From Candidatus Zixiibacteriota bacterium (GTDB lineage: Bacteria > Zixibacteria > MSB-5A5 > WJJR01 > JAJRUJ01), in the NCBI GenBank assembly GCA_020051695.1, contig JAGVQM010000019.1, positions 15,221-79,220 of the forward strand: a DNA stretch of 64,000 nt, read 5' to 3'. The position numbers and the translations under genes were made by a program. This document shows positions 47,643 through 56,580 of the stretch, piece after piece. Numbering within the stretch: position 1 is the first letter of the stretch; each line of letters starts with the position of its first letter. Under the pieces are notes generated by a model. It made no database searches. It saw only the letters and a list, made by a program, of their open reading frames with translations, and had not been told where the DNA came from.

Positions 47643-47680
47643 CAGCAGGCCGCGAACGGCCGGGTCGGCCGCGACTTTAT

Positions 47681-48649
47681 CTAAAACGGTGAGGATTTCG
47701 TAATGCGTCCGAGGCCGGGAAACAAAAAAAAACGGGGAGATTGTTTCTCGGCCGGCGCCCCGCTCAGCGAAATATCGGCCACTTCCCGGCGCAGGTGCAC
47801 TACCGAGCGGCGGCGCTCCTTGAACGATCCGGCAGCCAGCGTACCACGGAAAAACTTGCCGTCCCGGTCAAAGGCATTGTATGACGAGAGCATTAATTCG
47901 GCCAGGTTGAGTTGCACGCCCAGGCCGAATTTGTGGCTGCTCACGGATCCGCCATACAACGGTCGGCCTTTGTCGCCGTAATCGCCGCTGATGATCAGCC
48001 CGTCCACCAATTCCAGCCCGGCCGTAAGATGATAGGCGCCGTCGGCCAGCCGCTGCCCCGTGGACTGGTAATAATCGGCTCCGAGTACCAGCCGTTCATC
48101 AAACATGTTTACCGCCGCGGAATACGCATACACCCCGGCGGTACGCTCCCCGGCGTACGGCATATGGTTGGCGTTTTCCAAGCGTACGCCCAGCGAAAGG
48201 TGCTCACCGGGCCGCACCATCAGCGCGTAGGTCCAGAAATGCGCCTTGTCCTCGAGTACGTCATCGGAGGTGACCCAGCGATACGAGGCCCCCAGATAGA
48301 TCCGGTCCTTGATTTCGCCGCCCCAGCCCAGCGTGTGGTGCCGGGCATCGGGTTCGCCGCCCGAACCCAGCCATTCGACCCCGAAAGCAAATCCGCTGCG
48401 CCCGACATAGATCAGGTCGTTGCCGGCAAGGTCGGAATCCGAATACGTATGTGCCACATACGTCCGCCAGTCGTTATCGGCGGCCAGTGTGCCGGGGTTG
48501 TACCGGAGCGCCCATAGTCCGTCGGCGGCAGCTACACTTTGATAGGGCAGCAGCACCCTCCGGTCGGGATAGACCATCTCGGCCGAGACAGATACCACCG
48601 CAGTCACAAGAATTCCGATAAGTACTGCACAGGCGACAGCTTGTTTCAT
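47681..48649 (-). CDS. putative outer-membrane β-barrel protein (hypothetical)
   Basis: Signal peptide (MKQAVACAVLIGILVTAVVSVSA), alternating-hydrophobic β-strand pattern, aromatic-rich, terminal Phe. Confidence 0.45.
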   Translation of the reverse strand: MKQAVACAVLIGILVTAVVSVSAEMVYPDRRVLLPYQSVAAADGLWALRYNPGTLAADNDWRTYVAHTYSDSDLAGNDLIYVGRSGFAFGVEWLGSGGEPDARHHTLGWGGEIKDRIYLGASYRWVTSDDVLEDKAHFWTYALMVRPGEHLSLGVRLENANHMPYAGERTAGVYAYSAAVNMFDERLVLGADYYQSTGQRLADGAYHLTAGLELVDGLIISGDYGDKGRPLYGGSVSSHKFGLGVQLNLAELMLSSYNAFDRDGKFFRGTLAAGSFKERRRSVVHLRREVADISLSGAPAEKQSPRFFLFPGLGRITKSSPF

Positions 48650-48669
48650 GATCGCACCCTCCCCGTCGA

Positions 48670-49779
48670 TCAGATGGAATCGCCCTCGTCTTTGGTCACC
48701 CGAGGATATGGTCCTCGCAGCATGATATCGCCGCGGTCGTCGATGGCGATGTCCAAAAGACCGCCTCCTTCACCGGCGACACCTTCCAGAGAGTACCGGT
48801 CGATCTGCGTAATCTTGAGCGGCAGTCCTCTGGTGCGGATCGATCCGCCGCCGGTCCTGCTGATCGATGATTGCACCACCGCGGAAAAACCTTCATGGGT
48901 CACTACGGTGACATCGGAGTTATCGGTACGAATCATCACATTGGCCCCCTGCCACCGGGCAATATCGAGATCCACCGGGGAATTGCGCGAGGTAATCCGT
49001 GAATTCCCGCCGGTCACTGTCCAATCGGAAATATTCACCGGCGCATCGTCGACCCGGATATCGACCGCTCCCTCAATTTTTGTAAAATCCAGTTGCCCTC
49101 GTTCCGACCGAACCTGCAATGGTTCGGAAAATCCGGTGAGATCTTTTAACGTCGTAACACCAAAATGGTTATTGATCTGTATCCGGCCCTGTGCGCCGGC
49201 CAGCGACAAGGCGCCGTACTCGGTCCGCAGGTCCGCCGCTTCGGTCACGCCCGTTACCTGGATGCCGCCGTACGTCCCGTGAATTTGTACTTCGCGGAGC
49301 GGCCCGGTAAGATCAAAGTCAAAAAATTCCGAATCACCACGGAAAATCCGTCCCGGCGGCAGCAATATCTCGAAAGCGACCGTCACGCCGATCTGACTGC
49401 CCTCCCACTCTGCGTCCCGGGGCGTGGTGATCCCGATGCGCAATACTTCCCGAACGACCTCAGTCTGCACCGTGATCGACTCCAGGATTCGCGCAGCGCG
49501 TTCGCCGCTGGAGAGATTGTAAAGATTTTTTTTGATTTCGATTTTGATGTCGTCGACATCGACATCGGTCCGCAGCCGTATCTCGCCGCGGATATTCTCG
49601 GGTGGTTTGAACTCGAGCATGGAAATATCGGCGGCGGGAATGCGGCGGATTTCGCTTGCGGCAAGGCCTTGCCGGCTTTCGGCGGTGTTGTCTTCGGCCT
49701 GCGCCAGGCCCGAAAGCATCACGACCAGACCGGCCAGCCGCAGTAGTCGAACAAGCTTAATCTCAAAGCGTTTTGTCAT
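48670..49779 (-). CDS. secreted β-rich protein, DUF4097 / putative-adhesin-like
   Basis: Signal peptide, then Gly/Thr/Asp-rich repeated β-strand units (IRVDDAPVNISDWTVTGGNSRITS...). Confidence 0.4.
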   Translation of the reverse strand: MTKRFEIKLVRLLRLAGLVVMLSGLAQAEDNTAESRQGLAASEIRRIPAADISMLEFKPPENIRGEIRLRTDVDVDDIKIEIKKNLYNLSSGERAARILESITVQTEVVREVLRIGITTPRDAEWEGSQIGVTVAFEILLPPGRIFRGDSEFFDFDLTGPLREVQIHGTYGGIQVTGVTEAADLRTEYGALSLAGAQGRIQINNHFGVTTLKDLTGFSEPLQVRSERGQLDFTKIEGAVDIRVDDAPVNISDWTVTGGNSRITSRNSPVDLDIARWQGANVMIRTDNSDVTVVTHEGFSAVVQSSISRTGGGSIRTRGLPLKITQIDRYSLEGVAGEGGGLLDIAIDDRGDIMLRGPYPRVTKDEGDSI

Positions 49780-49851
49780 GATCTGCCCCTTGCCGGACCC
49801 GGATAGAGATACGGACGGCCGTCGTCATTGTTGCATCGGTGTTCCGCCATA

Positions 49852-50742
49852 TCATTGCCTGCTATTCCTCCGTTCGGCCGCTTTCCCCGCCGTTTGCCGT
49901 ATGGTTGAGCGCCGTGTCGGACTTGTGGACGTCGCCTGCTGCTCTCCGAATAGCTGATACAACAAAATCCCGGCGGCTACGGCACTGTTGAGCGATTCGA
50001 CCGACGGCGCGGTCCGGATGTGCAATGATTGTGCGCCACACTCCCGCCAGACGTCTGACAGACCCTCGGTTTCCCCGCCGATGACCAGTGCGACCCGGGC
50101 TTGTTTCGCTACCGGGCCCGGCGCCGTGCCGGAATGCGCATCGGCCGTATAAATCATATACCGCTTTGCGCGCAGCAACCCGGCCAGTTCGGCGGTTTCG
50201 ACAACCTGGACAATCGGCAACTGGAAGAGCCCCCCCATGGAAGACCGGACCACCTTTGGGTTATACATGTCCACCGTGCCCCGGCTGAGGCAGACACCCT
50301 CCATGCCGAATGCCGCCGCCGAGCGGAGAATTGCCCCCAGGTTGCCGGGATCGCGAACATGGTCCACGACCAGCAAGCGTCGGCCGGAAAGCAGCGCGGG
50401 GGATGGGTCCTGCGGCCGTTGCCGGGCCACGGCAAGAATGCCGGGAGGTTCAACGGTATCGGTCATTTCCTGTATATCATGCGGGGCGGCCACATATATT
50501 GCGATTTCCGGGCGATGGTATTTGTCGAAAATTAAACTGAACCGCTGCCGTGTTTCCGGGTCATCCCGCAAAATAACCGCCTCCAGCACCCACTCGGCGG
50601 CCAATGCCGCATCAAGCAGCCGAAAACCCTCGAGGAGAAACAATCCGGATTTGGCGCGGTTGTGGGCGCTGCGCAGCCGGGCCGCCTGTCGCCTGATTGT
50701 CTTGACCAGCGGCCGCCATCGATCCTGATCGATGAACTTCAT
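49852..50742 (-). CDS. TrmH/SpoU-family RNA 2'-O-methyltransferase (RlmB-like)
   Basis: 'LLVVDHVRDPGNLGAILRSAAAFG' SPOUT motif I, 'VVRSSMGG', and an N-terminal substrate-binding-like domain. Confidence 0.75.
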   Translation of the reverse strand: MKFIDQDRWRPLVKTIRRQAARLRSAHNRAKSGLFLLEGFRLLDAALAAEWVLEAVILRDDPETRQRFSLIFDKYHRPEIAIYVAAPHDIQEMTDTVEPPGILAVARQRPQDPSPALLSGRRLLVVDHVRDPGNLGAILRSAAAFGMEGVCLSRGTVDMYNPKVVRSSMGGLFQLPIVQVVETAELAGLLRAKRYMIYTADAHSGTAPGPVAKQARVALVIGGETEGLSDVWRECGAQSLHIRTAPSVESLNSAVAAGILLYQLFGEQQATSTSPTRRSTIRQTAGKAAERRNSRQ

Positions 50743-50834
50743 GCCTTAGCGTACGCCCCGACGGGCCATCGGGCAAGCATTTTCCTGTTGCGACGAAGAT
50801 ACGGGACAAATTTTTCCATTTTTTTGGTCGACGG

Positions 50835-53543
50835 ATGTTATGTTATACTGCAATGGTCAACATGTGCCAACGAATTAAATATCTCGGGCAGGCGGCTGTC
50901 GGCCGCCGGTTGCTGCTGATTATAGTTGTCTTGACCTGGCCGCCCGGAGTATCGGTCGCCGGCTGGCCCGGCGACAGCAGCATGGTTTTTGAAGCGCCGG
51001 GCATTTATGAGCGGCTGTATCGCAGCCATATCCAGTCGACAGACGGGGCGCCGACCCTGTCTTTGACCTTATCCGGAGGAGGCGCGAGAGGCCTGGCGCA
51101 AATCGGCGTGCTGCGTGCCATCGAAGAACGAGGGCTGGTCGTCACCGGCATTGCCGGGACGAGTCTCGGCGCCATCATCGGCGGGTTGTATGCAGCCGGT
51201 TATTCCGCGGAGGAGTTGGATTCACTCGTCCGCGTGGCCGATTGGAATTCTTTTTTTTCCGATACACCGCCGCGCACGCATTTGTTGCTGCCTCAGAAAG
51301 ATGCCCGCTCTCGCGCCTTTCTGACGCTCCATTTTCGCGGGCTTAAACCCAATTTGCCGACGGCCATGACCGGCGGCCAGCCGCTGCTGCAACTACTGAC
51401 GGAATTATGCCATGCGGCCGAATATCATGCGCGATCGGACTTCGATTCGCTGGCCATCCCCTTTCGCAGTGTCGCGACCGACCTGGTTTCCGGCCGGGCC
51501 ATAATCCTGCGGCACGGTGACCTGGCGCTGAGTTTGCGGGCCGCCTCGGCGTTCCCACTGGCCCTCTCTCCGGTGCATCTGGATTCGATGATGCTGGTCG
51601 ACGGTGGTTTGATCAGCCCCATTCCGGTATCATCCGCCCGCGAGTTCCCGGCCGACCTGGCGCTTGCGGTCAATACAACCTCAGAATTGGAATCGGCGGT
51701 CGCGCTGGAAAACATTTACAACGTGGCCAATCAATCGACCACCATCATGACCCGGCCGCAGTCCCAACAGGCGCTAACGCTGGCCGACGTGGTCATCGCG
51801 CCGCTGTTGCACGAGTACAACAACCTTGATTTTGACCGGGCCGATACGATCATTGCGCTGGGATACAGTGCAGCTTGCCGGGTTTTGGATTCACTACTGG
51901 CGTACTATCAACCACCGGCACAGGACTCGGCCGCCGGTGAACGCGATATCACCGTCGATTCTGTCGCCGTCTCCGGCTTGGATGAGACGGTCCTCGAACA
52001 CCGCGAAATTATTGCCTATCTGCGGTCGCCGTCCGGCGACAAATTATCGCTTGAACGTCTGGAACATAAACTGCATCAGGTAATCGACAACGGCCAGGTG
52101 CGCCGCATAACACTGCAGGTTTCCGCCGATCCCCGGCCGACCATTGGCGAGATAACCATCTCCCCCTATCCCCGGCTGCGCGAGGTGGTCTTCGACGGCA
52201 ACAGCGTGTTTCCCAATGCGGTGTTGGCCGCCGGCTTTTCCCCGCTGATCGGGCGTCTGGCCGACACACGACGGCTGGCCGAGGCACTTCGCAGTTGCCT
52301 GGAATTATATGAGGCGGAGGCCTACTCTCTGGTCGAAATCCGGGCTGCCGAACTCGACGATTCCACCGGGCGCCTGAGAGTGGTCATCGATGAAGGCCGG
52401 CTTTCCGGGCTGGAGGTTGCCGGCAATACCTCGGTTAAAGACTGGGTGATTACCCGCCATTTCCCGCTGCAGAAAGGCCGGTTGTTTAATTTTCGGGAAT
52501 TTTTTCACGGATTGGAAGATTTGCACGCCACCGGGTTATTCAACAATGTTGGGGGCCGGATCGCCCGGGGGGCCGACGGGCCCATCGTCAAACTCAACGT
52601 TCGCGAAAAAGACTACGATATTGTGCGCTTCGGATTACGGCACGATTTGGAATACCAGACCGACGTGTTCGCCGAGGTTGTCAACAGCAACCTTCTGGGG
52701 CTGGGGAATGAAATTTACATACACGCGGGGTATTGCCCGCGCCGGGAACGATACGCCGCCGGTGTGCACGCCGACCGGATGTTCCGCACCTACCTTAACG
52801 CCGCTGTCCAGGCCTATCGGGAGATCCATGAACGGTACCGCTACGTGGACTACCATCGCCGCGGCTTTTTCGAGACGGCCCGGACAGGGTTGATGCTGAC
52901 GGTGGGACATAACATCAAACGTTTTGCGGCATTCTCGGCCAATGTGCGGCTGGAGGATATTGTCCTCACCGAAGAGCCGCCGCTGCCGAATTCGCGCGCG
53001 CGTTTGCGGGCGATGGTATTCTCGGCGCAGTATGACGACCTTGACCGGTATCCTTTTTCCCGCCATGGCCGGAAGTTTGATTTGTCGGTGGAATTTGCCG
53101 ATGATTTTGTCGGCGGCAATGTGGTGTATCGGAAGGCTTGCGCCCAGTTGGAAAACTGGTTGTCGCCCATCGGCCGGTTCACGATCGGCCAGCGGATAAC
53201 TCTGGGGGTGGCCGACCGCGTTGTGCCGGATTACGAGCGTTTTGCGTTGGGGGGCCGCCAGTCGATGATGGGGTTGCACGACGATGAATTCCTCGGCGAT
53301 AAGCTCATCCTCGGCAACCTCGATTGCCGGGTGCGGTTCTTTTCCCGCAGTTATATGAATTTCCGTCTTGATGTAGGTGGGGTCTGGGAGGACGGGGACG
53401 ATGTCCGGCTGATTGACGATTTGCGAGTTGGCACCGGGGCCGGACCTTCATTTGATACTCCTTTGGGACCCTTGGAGTTGATGTGGGGGATTGCCGAGGA
53501 CGATCTCACGAATTTCTATTTTAACTGGGGTTATGACTTCTAA
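50835..53543 (+). CDS. patatin-like phospholipase fused to POTRA + Omp85-type β-barrel (PlpD-like, type Vd secretion)
   Basis: Patatin motifs GGGARG (oxyanion hole), GTSLGA (GxSxG nucleophile), DGG (catalytic Asp). C-terminal half is a D15/ShlB-like β-barrel ending '...NWGYDF'. Confidence 0.75.
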   Translation: MLCYTAMVNMCQRIKYLGQAAVGRRLLLIIVVLTWPPGVSVAGWPGDSSMVFEAPGIYERLYRSHIQSTDGAPTLSLTLSGGGARGLAQIGVLRAIEERGLVVTGIAGTSLGAIIGGLYAAGYSAEELDSLVRVADWNSFFSDTPPRTHLLLPQKDARSRAFLTLHFRGLKPNLPTAMTGGQPLLQLLTELCHAAEYHARSDFDSLAIPFRSVATDLVSGRAIILRHGDLALSLRAASAFPLALSPVHLDSMMLVDGGLISPIPVSSAREFPADLALAVNTTSELESAVALENIYNVANQSTTIMTRPQSQQALTLADVVIAPLLHEYNNLDFDRADTIIALGYSAACRVLDSLLAYYQPPAQDSAAGERDITVDSVAVSGLDETVLEHREIIAYLRSPSGDKLSLERLEHKLHQVIDNGQVRRITLQVSADPRPTIGEITISPYPRLREVVFDGNSVFPNAVLAAGFSPLIGRLADTRRLAEALRSCLELYEAEAYSLVEIRAAELDDSTGRLRVVIDEGRLSGLEVAGNTSVKDWVITRHFPLQKGRLFNFREFFHGLEDLHATGLFNNVGGRIARGADGPIVKLNVREKDYDIVRFGLRHDLEYQTDVFAEVVNSNLLGLGNEIYIHAGYCPRRERYAAGVHADRMFRTYLNAAVQAYREIHERYRYVDYHRRGFFETARTGLMLTVGHNIKRFAAFSANVRLEDIVLTEEPPLPNSRARLRAMVFSAQYDDLDRYPFSRHGRKFDLSVEFADDFVGGNVVYRKACAQLENWLSPIGRFTIGQRITLGVADRVVPDYERFALGGRQSMMGLHDDEFLGDKLILGNLDCRVRFFSRSYMNFRLDVGGVWEDGDDVRLIDDLRVGTGAGPSFDTPLGPLELMWGIAEDDLTNFYFNWGYDF

Positions 53544-53703
53544 GCCGGGCCGGCACCCGCCGATGGTATTGACACAGACGGCAGCCTGCAGGTAGATTGC
53601 CGGTCGGAACAGGCGGACGAATGCCCGCCGTGAAGAAAACAAAACGTTCTGCGGAACGTATCATATTGCGCCACAGGATGATGTTTTTTTCAGAGGAGGC
53701 CCG

Positions 53704-55527
53704 GTGAGCGATTTCAAGGCGGTTCAGCGTACACACACCTGCGGGGAATTACGAGCATCCGATGCCGGCAAAACCGTCCGGCTCAACGGCTGGCTGCACC
53801 GCTGGCGCGATCATGGCGGCCTGTTGTTCGTTGATGTACGTGATCGCTACGGCCTGACCCAGGTTGTTTTTCGGCCGGATATCCTGGACCGGGAAACCAT
53901 GAAACTGGCCGGGCATGTCCGGGCCGAAACGGTCATCGCGGTGGAGGGCGTCGTCGGTTTGCGGCCGGAGGGAATGATCAACACGGAAATGCCCACCGGT
54001 GAAATCGAGGTGGTCGCCGGCAAACTGGCGGTACTCAATGAGTCCAAGACACCGCCCTTCGAAATCGCAGAGGAGACCACCGCCGCTGAGGAGCTGCGCC
54101 TGAGATACCGCTACCTGGACCTGCGGCGGAATTTCCTGAAAGACAAACTCATTCTGCGGCACAAAGTCTGCCTGGCCATCCGCAATTACCTGAGCGCCCG
54201 GGATTTTCTGGAAATTGAAACACCGCTGCTGATGCGTTCCACACCGGAAGGCGCACGGGACTATATCGTTCCGTCCCGGACAGCCAGGGGAAAATTTTAT
54301 GCGCTGCCGCAGTCCCCGCAGTTATTGAAGCAAATGCTGATGATCTCCGGGTTCGATAAATATTTCCAGCTTGCGCGCTGTTTGCGCGACGAGGACCTGC
54401 GGGCCGATCGGCAGCCCGAACACACGCAGATCGATATGGAAATGAGTTTCGTGACCATGGACGATATCTTTGCGGTGATCGAGGGGCTGATGCAGCACCT
54501 GTTTAAGGAAATCCTCGGCATAGATCTGGTGATCCCGTTTCCCCGTCTGACTTACGCCGAGGCGATGTCGCGCTATGGAATCGACAAGCCGGACACACGC
54601 TACGGGCTGACCATCACCGACCTGTCGGACATCGTCGCCGGCTGCGGATTCAAAGTCTTTGCCGAGATTGTCGCCGCGGGCAAGACCGTCAAAGCCATTT
54701 GTGCTCCGGGGCAGGCCGGGCTGTCCCGCAAACAGGTCGGACAATGGGAGGAAACTGCCAAAAGCGCCGGGGCGAAGGGTCTGGCTTATATTTTGTATGG
54801 GGCGGATGGCCCTCGGTCGTCGATTGCAAAATTCCTCGGCCCAGAAATCATGCAGCAGATTGCCTCGGCGACTGCGGCAACGACCGGCGATGCCGTGTTT
54901 ATCGTCGCGGACGATAAGACCGTCTGCGAGGGAGTCCTGGGGCGGCTGCGCATCGAGATGGCCCGGGAATGGGGTCTGGCCGACCCCCGGCGGTTCGAGT
55001 TCCTCTGGGTCCACGCTTTCCCGCTATTCGAATATAATCCCGAGATCGGGCGTTTCGATGCGATGCATAATATCGTGACTTCTCCGTATGCCGAGGACCT
55101 GGCGCTGCTGGAGGAGGGCCGGTCGACACCGCTGGCGGCTGTCGACCCACATCACCCGTGGGCCCGCGTGCGCGCCAACCAGTATGATTTGGTGCTTAAC
55201 GGGACGGAGATCGCCTCGGGTGGCATCCGCAACCACCGGCGGGATATTCAACAACAGATCCTCAATATCCTTGGGATCGATGATGAACGCGCCGAGCGGA
55301 TGTTCGGCTTTCTGCTGGAGGCCCTGGAATACGGCGCGCCGCCGCATGGGGGGATCGCTCCGGGGCTGGACCGCCTCGTGGCGGTCATGACCGGTTCCGA
55401 TTCCATCCGCGATGTCATCGCCTTCCCCAAGACAACTGCCGCGCAATCGCTGATGGACGGCGCCCCGGCGGAAATCGACGACAAACAATTGCATGAATTG
55501 GGCCTGGCAATCGTCGATAAAAAATAA
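53704..55527 (+). CDS. aspS: aspartate--tRNA ligase
   Basis: 607 aa. 'LRYRYLDLRR' and 'FQLARCLRDEDLRADRQPEHTQIDMEMSF' class-II motifs, GAD insertion domain, C-terminal 'GGIAPGLDRLVAVMTG' motif 3. GGAGG RBS before the GTG start. Confidence 0.9.
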   Translation: MSDFKAVQRTHTCGELRASDAGKTVRLNGWLHRWRDHGGLLFVDVRDRYGLTQVVFRPDILDRETMKLAGHVRAETVIAVEGVVGLRPEGMINTEMPTGEIEVVAGKLAVLNESKTPPFEIAEETTAAEELRLRYRYLDLRRNFLKDKLILRHKVCLAIRNYLSARDFLEIETPLLMRSTPEGARDYIVPSRTARGKFYALPQSPQLLKQMLMISGFDKYFQLARCLRDEDLRADRQPEHTQIDMEMSFVTMDDIFAVIEGLMQHLFKEILGIDLVIPFPRLTYAEAMSRYGIDKPDTRYGLTITDLSDIVAGCGFKVFAEIVAAGKTVKAICAPGQAGLSRKQVGQWEETAKSAGAKGLAYILYGADGPRSSIAKFLGPEIMQQIASATAATTGDAVFIVADDKTVCEGVLGRLRIEMAREWGLADPRRFEFLWVHAFPLFEYNPEIGRFDAMHNIVTSPYAEDLALLEEGRSTPLAAVDPHHPWARVRANQYDLVLNGTEIASGGIRNHRRDIQQQILNILGIDDERAERMFGFLLEALEYGAPPHGGIAPGLDRLVAVMTGSDSIRDVIAFPKTTAAQSLMDGAPAEIDDKQLHELGLAIVDKK

Positions 55528-55540
55528 AAAGGACGAATTC

Positions 55541-56542
55541 GTGGACCAGAACCAACAAACCCCGGCTGCATCTACCGACGAGACCTCGCGCGCGTTTTCT
55601 ATTGCCGGCGTCGATCCGAGGATTCTCTCCGGGCCGAACGAGGCGTTTTACCCCCTGATTGAGACGCAGTTCAATGTCCGGCTGACCGCTCGGGGGGACG
55701 AGTTGCTGGTCTTCGGCCCCAAGCAGAATGTCGGCCGCGTCGGCGCGCTGTTTGCTGATTTAATCGAGCATATCAAACGCACCGGTGAGTTGTCTGAGCG
55801 CTACTTGTTCTACGCGATGACCATCGTCAATGAAGACGGCCGCGGACCATCCGAAAAACTGGAAGTCTCCACGTCCCTGGCCGGCATCGGCACGCGGCAG
55901 ATCAAGCCCAAGACGCTGGGGCAAAAGGCCTACCTGGAAGCCATCGAAAATTTCGACATTACCGTGGCCATCGGTCCGGCGGGCACGGGCAAGACATACC
56001 TGGCGGTGGCGATGGCCGTGGCCGAGTTGAAGCACAAGCTGGTCAACCGGCTGATCTTCGCCCGCCCCGCTGTCGAAGCGGGGGAGTCGCTGGGCTTTCT
56101 TCCCGGCGATATTCGGGCCAAAGTCGATCCCTATCTGCGGCCGATCTATGACGCCTTGCATGATATGGTGACCGCCGAACGCATCCGGAACCTGATCGAA
56201 GACCGCGTCATTGAAATCGTGCCGCTGGCGTTCATGCGGGGGCGGACATTGAACCGCGCCTTTATTATTCTGGACGAGGCACAAAACGCCACCGGCGCCC
56301 AGATGAAAATGTTTCTTACCCGTCTGGGAAATAACTCCAAGGCCGTGGTCACCGGAGACGTTACGCAGATCGACCTGGAGGATAAATCGCAGTCGGGGCT
56401 GGTGCTGGCCCCCGGTATCCTGCAAGGTATACCGGGCATCTCGTTTATCGAACTGACCGAACGGGATGTCGTGCGCCATAAACTCGTGGCCCGCATTATT
56501 CGGGCGTATGAGAATTGGGAAAATAAGAAAACCGGGAAGTAA
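55541..56542 (+). CDS. phoH: PhoH-family ATPase
   Basis: Walker A 'GPAGTGKTYLAVAMAV', 'ILDEAQN' Walker B. Start moved to the GTG after the aspS stop (AAGGA RBS). Confidence 0.85.
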   Translation: MDQNQQTPAASTDETSRAFSIAGVDPRILSGPNEAFYPLIETQFNVRLTARGDELLVFGPKQNVGRVGALFADLIEHIKRTGELSERYLFYAMTIVNEDGRGPSEKLEVSTSLAGIGTRQIKPKTLGQKAYLEAIENFDITVAIGPAGTGKTYLAVAMAVAELKHKLVNRLIFARPAVEAGESLGFLPGDIRAKVDPYLRPIYDALHDMVTAERIRNLIEDRVIEIVPLAFMRGRTLNRAFIILDEAQNATGAQMKMFLTRLGNNSKAVVTGDVTQIDLEDKSQSGLVLAPGILQGIPGISFIELTERDVVRHKLVARIIRAYENWENKKTGK

Positions 56543-56580
56543 GCAGGTACACTACCGGCGGGCAGGTCGGGGTTTCGATA

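Noticed and set aside
47681-47815. ~45-aa C-terminal tail (KERRRSVVHLRREVADISLSGAPAEKQSPRFFLFPGLGRITKSSPF) on the putative OMP, considered as a possible frameshifted N-terminus of sppA
   Set aside because: The tail is in a different frame from sppA with a stop separating them, and sppA has an in-window TTG start. There is no sequence-level evidence of a frameshift, only a missing N-terminal TM in SppA.
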